From Candidatus Iainarchaeum sp. (GTDB taxonomy: Archaea; Iainarchaeota; Iainarchaeia; Iainarchaeales; CSSED10-239), in NCBI GenBank assembly GCA_937968065.1, contig CALBUD010000079.1, positions 1 to 12,320 on the forward strand: DNA of 12,320 nucleotides, given 5' to 3'. Shown here piece by piece: positions 7,549 to 12,320 of the stretch. The notes under the pieces are model-generated. The model made no database searches and was not told the DNA's origin. It was given only the letters and a program-made list of their open reading frames with translations. The position numbers and the translations under genes are program-made. Each line of letters opens with the position of its first letter. Within the stretch, counting starts at the first letter, position 1.

Positions 7549-7938
7549 TTAACAAGCTCCTTCTTTTAAGATTGGAACATCTCCTGCCATACATGGATTA
7601 GAGTAAGTAACTCCGTTTACAGCACATACAGGATTATATTCCATTGTACACATTCTTTCAGAATCAATAAAATATTCTCCTTTAGAACATTCTCCTCTGT
7701 AGAACATCCATTCCTCACATTCTGAATTATCTTCAAAAACACATACTCCAAATTCTCCAGAATCAGAACTTCTTATATCTAAAGAGCCTCCTTCTTGAAC
7801 ACAGAAAGAAGATGCTGGATTTGGAATTTCTGTTCCATTATCTATTTTTGTTTTATTGTTTTGTATATATAAAAAAACAAAAACCAATACTAAAACAATA
7901 AAGATACCTACTAAAATAAATTCTATTTTCTTTTTCAT
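7549..7938 (-). CDS. Membrane-anchored secreted protein: DUF333 domain fused to a C-terminal Kazal-like serine-protease-inhibitor module
   Basis: The N-terminal anchor is MKKKIEFILVGIFIVLVLVFVFLY. The DUF333 signature is IPNPASSFCVQEGGSLDIRSSDSGEFGVCVFEDNSECEEWMFYRGEC (nt 7687-7827). The Kazal-like module is CTMEYNPVCAVNGVTYSNPCMAGDVPILKEGAC (nt 7552-7650). A GGTGAT SD lies at 7946-7951 on the minus strand, 7 nt from the ATG. Confidence 0.85.
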   Translation of the reverse strand: MKKKIEFILVGIFIVLVLVFVFLYIQNNKTKIDNGTEIPNPASSFCVQEGGSLDIRSSDSGEFGVCVFEDNSECEEWMFYRGECSKGEYFIDSERMCTMEYNPVCAVNGVTYSNPCMAGDVPILKEGAC

Positions 7939-8104
7939 AAGTTATATCACCAATAAAACTAATATTCCGTTATATTTAAATACTCTTTTTTTCAATAAGG
8001 TTTTTTCCTTTATTTTTCTTACTCTTTATAAATCTTTCTATTATATATATTTTTATTTTTAAAATAATAAAAAGATTTTACTTAAAATAAAAAAAGCGTA
8101 AATT

Positions 8105-8245
8105 ATGAAACAAAATTTAAAAATTATTTTATTAATTTTAATAGTTTTGTTAATAATATTTTTTACAATATTATTAACTCAAAAATCAGAATTAGAAATA
8201 AGCCCAACAGCACCTTTAATGGTTTATAAAACAACTGGAGAATAA
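8105..8245 (+). CDS. Possible 46-aa single-pass membrane micro-protein (not in the ORF track)
   Basis: ATG at 8105 to TAA at 8243-8245 encodes MKQNLKIILLILIVLLIIFFTILLTQKSELEISPTAPLMVYKTTGE. It sits in an otherwise unexplained 424-bp gap in a compact genome. It has no SD, and hydrophobic ORFs arise easily in T-rich DNA, so confidence is low. Confidence 0.3.
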   Translation: MKQNLKIILLILIVLLIIFFTILLTQKSELEISPTAPLMVYKTTGE

Positions 8246-8362
8246 TTTTATTTATTTACATGTTATTAATAGTTTAAATGAAATTATTGAAAATAATTTA
8301 TTAGATGAAAAATGTATAAAAAGAATATAAATTTTTAAAAAATAAAAAAAAGGTGAAAAAAA

Positions 8363-9283
8363 ATGAGTTTTAAAGAACAAGTAGATAAACTAAAAAACAA
8401 TTGGTTAATGATTGTTTTAATAATAGTTGTTTTACTTTTAGTTTTAACTTTTTCAGGTTCTGCAAACTACAACACTAGAGCATTATATTCTTCTCAAGTT
8501 GCAGGAGGATATTCAGAAAGTGCAATGATGGATTATGATGTTAGAACATCATATACCCAACCATCTTCTCAAGGCACAGATTTTGCTCCAGAAGTTGAAC
8601 TAAGAAAAATAGTTAAAAATGCAAATTTACGTTTAGAATTAAAGTTAGGTACTTTCCATGAAACTGATAGTAAGATAAAATCAATAGCAAACACAAGTAA
8701 TTCATACATTCTTTCAGAAAATATCTCTTCAAGAAAATCAGGTTCAAAAAATGTATATACAGGAAACTATGTTATTAAAGTTGAATCTACAAAATTAGAT
8801 GCTATGGTAAATCAATTAAAAGATTTAGGAGATGTAACATCTATATATAGTGGTGCAACAGATGTAACTGGTAATTATACAAGCACAGAAATTGAACTTG
8901 AAGCAGAAAGAAATAGACTTAATAGATATTTAGAACTTTATAATTCTTCTGATGAAGATGGAAAAATAAAAATGATTAATTCTATATTTAATCATGAAAG
9001 AAGAATTAAATATCTAGAAGATTCTTTAAGAAATATTGATCAAAGAGTAGAATATTCAACAATAAGTTTATCTGTGTCTGAAAAATATAATTTTGCAAAC
9101 ATAGTATTTGTTAAATTTTCTGATCTTATAAGAACTTTTGTAAACAGTTTTAATTCTGTTTTAAAAATAATCTTTGGTGTTGTACCATACCTTTTACTAT
9201 TATATCTTATAGTTTTAGGATTTAGATTATTTAGAAGAAAGAAAAAAGTTACTGAAGAAAATTTTAAAAAGATTAAAAAATAA
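8363..9283 (+). CDS. DUF4349-like bitopic membrane protein (N- and C-terminal TM helices, extracytoplasmic coiled-coil domain)
   Basis: It has an N-terminal TM (WLMIVLIIVVLLLVLTF) and a C-terminal TM (VVPYLLLLYLIVLGFRLF). The central part matches the remembered DUF4349 pattern: NYVIKVESTKLDAMVNQLKDLGDVTSIYSGATDVTGNYTSTEIELEAERNRLNRYLELY...YLEDSLRNIDQRVEYSTISLSV. A GGTGA SD lies at 8352-8356, 6 nt from the ATG. Confidence 0.75.
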   Translation: MSFKEQVDKLKNNWLMIVLIIVVLLLVLTFSGSANYNTRALYSSQVAGGYSESAMMDYDVRTSYTQPSSQGTDFAPEVELRKIVKNANLRLELKLGTFHETDSKIKSIANTSNSYILSENISSRKSGSKNVYTGNYVIKVESTKLDAMVNQLKDLGDVTSIYSGATDVTGNYTSTEIELEAERNRLNRYLELYNSSDEDGKIKMINSIFNHERRIKYLEDSLRNIDQRVEYSTISLSVSEKYNFANIVFVKFSDLIRTFVNSFNSVLKIIFGVVPYLLLLYLIVLGFRLFRRKKKVTEENFKKIKK

Positions 9284-9331
9284 AAGATTTAATCTTTTTT
9301 TTATTTTTTTTTTAATAGGTGAAAAAAAATT

Positions 9332-9775
9332 ATGAAAAAAATAAGTTTAGTTTTATTAGTTATAGGAATTGTTCTTTTGTTATTTGTTGTTTTAATGGTT
9401 TTTAAACTTTATAAACCTACAACCTTTAGTGGAGAAAAGGATGTTTATTCTTTTGATTCTTGTGTTGAAGCAGGATTTAATGTTTTAGAAACTTTGCCAA
9501 GACAATGTATGACAAGTAGTGGAACTTTTTATATAGATGAAGAAGAAAATAGAGAACTTGGTTTGTTTAATAGTTGTCAAACTGATGTAGATTGTATACC
9601 TCTTCCAAATCAATGTCATCCAACTTCTTGTATAAATAAAGAACATGAAAATTTATTTATAGATAAATCAAATATTACAAAAGCATGTACACAGATATTT
9701 ATGTCTGTAGCTGCATATCTTCCAGAAGATTGTATCTGTCAAAACAATATTTGTACAAATAAAAACTTTGATTAA
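9332..9775 (+). CDS. Membrane-anchored cysteine-rich extracytoplasmic protein, unknown function
   Basis: The N-terminal anchor is ISLVLLVIGIVLLLFVVLMVF. The ectodomain of about 110 aa has 10 Cys in two blocks: CVEAGFNVLETLPRQC, and CQTDVDCIPLPNQCHPTSC...C...CIC...C. A GGTGA SD lies at 9318-9322, 9 nt from the ATG. Confidence 0.7.
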   Translation: MKKISLVLLVIGIVLLLFVVLMVFKLYKPTTFSGEKDVYSFDSCVEAGFNVLETLPRQCMTSSGTFYIDEEENRELGLFNSCQTDVDCIPLPNQCHPTSCINKEHENLFIDKSNITKACTQIFMSVAAYLPEDCICQNNICTNKNFD

Positions 9776-9823
9776 AAACATCTATTTTGAATAAATCTTT
9801 TATATAGATGTTTTTCTTTTTTT
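9774..9823 (+). terminator. Hairpin plus T-run after the Cys-rich protein gene
   Basis: AAACATCTAT (9776-9785) pairs perfectly with ATAGATGTTT (9804-9813). The stem extends by 2 A-U pairs and has an 18-nt loop. TTCTTTTTTT follows. The stem is AU-rich with only 2 G-C pairs, so stability is modest. Confidence 0.4.
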
Positions 9824-9914
9824 AATTTTATATAAAGTAAAATAAGTTAGGAAAAAACCTAACATTTTAAACCTTTTTATATATGTTTTTAATGTATACT
9901 TATTTACTTAAAGC

Positions 9915-9959
9915 AATTAATACTTTAAGTTAAAAAAAATTAATACTTTAAGTTAAAAA
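9915..9959 (+). repeat. Perfect tandem direct repeat, 2 x 22 bp (AATTAATACTTTAAGTTAAAAA) with 23-bp period, in the promoter-proximal region of the surface-protein gene
   Basis: Copy 1 is at 9915-9936 and copy 2 at 9938-9959, both read directly. An inverted copy of the core 8-mer lies just upstream: ACTTAAAG at 9906-9913 versus CTTTAAGT at 9923-9930 and 9946-9953. Confidence 0.8.
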
Positions 9960-10016
9960 GATTTATTTTTTTTTTAAAATAAAAAAAATCTTTTTTAAAA
10001 AAGGAGGTTATATTTT

Positions 10017-12230
10017 ATGAAAAAAATAAAAATAACAAGTGTTTTTTTAATTTTAGCTTTAATGTTTATAACTCCAAACATTTTAGCAAATGAAAATTTA
10101 AATAATGCACCAGAAAGAGTAACAAGTAACACTTCTCCAGTTATAACAGATGCAGGAGTATGGGTTGTTGTTACAAATGAAAACTATCCTTTAAAAGATA
10201 GAAAAATAGAAAGTTACATAATAAACTCAGATCAAGAATCTGTTTTTGTAGATAGATATGTAACAAATCAAGATGGAGTTATCTATACAAGATTAAAAAC
10301 AGGATATAGATATAAGTTTGTAGATGTTTTAACAAACACAGAAACAAGTCTTCAAATAGATCAAACTTTTCCACAAATAGTTTCTCTTTCTATTAATAAT
10401 ACTTCTCAAGGAAATACAAGTTTAACAGTATCTGTAAAAGATAATGTGACTTTACAAGGAATTCCATTTGTAATAGTTTCAGCATATGATACAGTTACAG
10501 GAAATCTTGTTTTACAAGAAAGAACAAATGAAAATGGAAGATTACAAGTAAATAATTTTAGAGAAGGAATATATACTTTTGTTTTAAGTGCAAGAGGATA
10601 TAATTCTATAAGATTACAAAACACAAAAATTTTAGAAAATATTGAAAATACTTTAAATCTAACACTTGAACCTCTACAATCAAACAATACATTTTCTATT
10701 AAAACAGTTATAAAAGATAAAGAAACAGAAAGAGCTGTTCCTTTTACAGAAGTTTTAGTATATAATGAAAAAGGAAGTGTTGTTTATAAAGATGTATCAG
10801 ATCAAACTGGTCTTTTATATATTCAAAATATAGAAGCAGGAACATATACTTTTGTTTTAAGTGCAAGAGGATATCAAACAAATAAAATAAGAGAAGAAAT
10901 TTTAAAAGATACTTCTTTAGAATTTTATCTAGAATCTTTAGATGTTTTACTTCCTGAAGAACAAGAATATGGTAAATTAAAAGTATTAGTAATTGATTCT
11001 GTTTTAGAAAGACCAATACCTTTAGTAAACTTAAGTGTTTTACCTGATAGTGTAAGAATTCAAGAATCTTTAAGAGAGCAAAATCAAGTGCAAAATAACA
11101 ATTCTGTTTCAAACACTTCTTTAAATAATAACTATAGAGCAGTTTCTTTACAAACTTTAGTTGACACTTCTAGTTTACCTGTATTTAATTCTTTTTTAAC
11201 AGATGAATATGGTGTTGCTTATTTTAATCAAATACCATTAAACAAAGATATGTCTTTAAGAGTAAATGTTGAAGGATATCAAACATATACAAGAAATGTA
11301 ACCTTTAATCAAGAATATAACTCTTTAGAAATAAGATTAGTTAAAGAAGGAACAGTACAACCAGAAATGCTAATGATAAAAATACAAGTTAAAGATGATA
11401 CTCAAAAAATTATACCTTTAGTAAATCTTGAACTAATAAGTGAAAATTCAAAACAAAGAACAACAACTGATAGATATGGACAAGCAATTTTTGAAAATCT
11501 TTCTTCTAGAGAAACATATACTTTAATAGTTTCAAAAGAAGGATATGAAACTATTAAAAAAACAGATCTAAGATTTAGATTTGATACAAGACTTGATTTT
11601 AACTTAAATAGATTAAGTCAAGAAAATGATGTAGGATATCTTAAAGTCTTAGTTATTGATAGAACCACACAAAAACCATTAACAAACGCTTCAGTTAATC
11701 TTACAGGAATTTTTGAAAAAATATTATATGGGTCTGCTGTAACTGATGAGTTTGGAGTTGCATATTTTAAAAATATTCCATTAAATAAAAACATACAAAT
11801 AACTTCAAACTATAGAGGATATGATTCTTTTTCAAGAGAGGTTAATTTTAAAGAAGAATATAATTCTTTTGAAATTAGACTTACAAAAATTAATCTTGAA
11901 AATGTTGAAAGAGATATCTTAAGACAAGAAGAATATTCTAGTTCTTTAACAGGTTCTTTAAACATTTCAAATATTGAATCTTCTAGAGTTTATAAAGATT
12001 TTGAAGATAGAAAATATTATGAAGGAGAAGAAGTTATAGAAATAGTTGATTTTGAAACAATTTTAAAAGATAGAAATATTTCAGAAGATAGAGTTGTTTC
12101 AGAACCAGAGCTTGTTTATGTTAATGGAGATTTAACATATGTTTATAGAATAAAAGAGCAAAGAAGATTATTTAACTTTATAAATATTGGGGAGAAAGTT
12201 GTTTATAACGCTTCTCCTGCTGTTAGATAA
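10017..12230 (+). CDS. Secreted large surface/adhesin-like protein made of about six tandem CarboxypepD_reg/Big-like beta-sandwich modules plus a distinct C-terminal domain
   Basis: The Sec-type signal peptide is MKKIKITSVFLILALMFITPNILA|NE. A strong GGAGGT SD lies at 10003-10008, 8 nt from the ATG. Modules follow the pattern 'hydrophobic strand-D/N-x-T-x-x-P(I/L)-...-TDxxG-...-GxYT(F/L)xVSxxGY...'. Internal repeats are GIYTFVLSARGY / GTYTFVLSARGY and LKVLVID...EYGVAYFNQIPLNK / LKVLVID...EFGVAYFKNIPLNK. There is no C-terminal TM, LPXTG or PGF-CTERM-like tail. Confidence 0.85.
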   Translation: MKKIKITSVFLILALMFITPNILANENLNNAPERVTSNTSPVITDAGVWVVVTNENYPLKDRKIESYIINSDQESVFVDRYVTNQDGVIYTRLKTGYRYKFVDVLTNTETSLQIDQTFPQIVSLSINNTSQGNTSLTVSVKDNVTLQGIPFVIVSAYDTVTGNLVLQERTNENGRLQVNNFREGIYTFVLSARGYNSIRLQNTKILENIENTLNLTLEPLQSNNTFSIKTVIKDKETERAVPFTEVLVYNEKGSVVYKDVSDQTGLLYIQNIEAGTYTFVLSARGYQTNKIREEILKDTSLEFYLESLDVLLPEEQEYGKLKVLVIDSVLERPIPLVNLSVLPDSVRIQESLREQNQVQNNNSVSNTSLNNNYRAVSLQTLVDTSSLPVFNSFLTDEYGVAYFNQIPLNKDMSLRVNVEGYQTYTRNVTFNQEYNSLEIRLVKEGTVQPEMLMIKIQVKDDTQKIIPLVNLELISENSKQRTTTDRYGQAIFENLSSRETYTLIVSKEGYETIKKTDLRFRFDTRLDFNLNRLSQENDVGYLKVLVIDRTTQKPLTNASVNLTGIFEKILYGSAVTDEFGVAYFKNIPLNKNIQITSNYRGYDSFSREVNFKEEYNSFEIRLTKINLENVERDILRQEEYSSSLTGSLNISNIESSRVYKDFEDRKYYEGEEVIEIVDFETILKDRNISEDRVVSEPELVYVNGDLTYVYRIKEQRRLFNFINIGEKVVYNASPAVR
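10155..11888 (+). repeat. Intragenic array of diverged domain repeats (about 91-codon period), including one 31-bp perfect DNA repeat
   Basis: ATATACTTTTGTTTTAAGTGCAAGAGGATAT occurs at 10571-10601 and again at 10844-10874. The copies are exactly 273 bp (91 codons) apart. A second, more diverged pair covers about 10971-11345 and about 11631-11888. Confidence 0.8.
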
Positions 12231-12320
12231 TTTTTTTTTTATTTTTTTTATTTTTTCTATTTTTTTCCTTTCTATTCTTCTTATTTTTCTATTCTTTATT
12301 TTATCTTTTTTCTTTCTATT
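12231..12320 (+). terminator. Long oligo-T / polypyrimidine tract after the surface-protein gene (probable termination region)
   Basis: Over 90 bp the plus strand contains essentially only T, C and A, with no G. T-runs of 10, 8, 6 and 7 start right after the TAA at 12228-12230. See the findings for the alternative reading as an antisense Lys-rich ORF. Confidence 0.3.

Noticed and set aside
7856-8062. 68-aa plus-strand ORF overlapping the 5' end of the DUF333-Kazal gene
   Set aside because: It overlaps the start and SD of a well-supported minus-strand gene. Its composition is low-complexity (K, T, I, F, Y). It is most likely promoter or spacer sequence.
7549-9775. N-termini of the anchored proteins (MKKKIEFILVG..., MKQNLKIILL..., MKKISLVLLV...) as type IV pilin/archaellin class III signal peptides
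   Set aside because: None has the short basic leader ending in G/A followed by the conserved hydrophobic segment, with E/Q near +5 in bacteria. They look like ordinary signal anchors, and the ectodomains have non-pilin motifs.
9915-9959. CRISPR-like repeat
   Set aside because: There are only two directly abutting copies with no spacers, and the sequence is very AT-rich. No cas genes are present. It is treated instead as a tandem duplication or operator candidate.
10406-11112. Minus-strand ORFs of 93 aa (10406..10687) and 122 aa (10744..11112) inside the surface-protein gene
   Set aside because: These are antisense shadows. The plus frame shows a coherent repeated domain structure over its whole length.

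Overview
This is a very AT-rich, gene-dense prokaryotic window. All stops are TAA except one TGA; no TAG is used. I see no rRNA, CRISPR array, transposase or integrase. The best fit is a small-genome DPANN-type archaeon. Supporting signs are a FlaI-like ATPase N-domain motif, a tRNA without encoded CCA, oligo-T tracts after genes, and a mix of genes with and without Shine-Dalgarno (SD) sites. A CPR-type bacterium cannot be excluded without database searches.

Layout:
- 1-3285: housekeeping-type genes. These are a partial membrane protein, a HAD phosphatase, a SAM methyltransferase, a PPC/DUF296 protein and a divergent PRPP-synthetase-like protein.
- 3395-7267: a co-directional, tightly packed cluster. 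It encodes a type IV filament/secretion ATPase with an N-terminal 4Fe-4S dicluster module, two half-size T2SSF (TadB/C or FlaJ-like) membrane proteins, and a DedA-family protein.
- 7376-7458: tRNA-Ser(GCU).
- 7549-12230: a run of genes that all encode signal- or anchor-bearing extracytoplasmic proteins. These are a DUF333 + Kazal-like inhibitor fusion, a possible 46-aa micro-ORF, a DUF4349 protein, a Cys-rich protein, and a 737-aa surface protein built from about 91-aa repeated beta-sandwich-like modules.

The most unusual items are the Fe-S/ATPase fusion with a split platform and no pilin or peptidase nearby, the archaeal-context Kazal module with an ovomucoid-like reactive loop, the catalytically degenerate Prs homologue, and a perfect 22-bp tandem repeat plus inverted 8-mer upstream of the surface-protein gene.

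All family assignments are motif recognition by eye and from memory. No searches were run.
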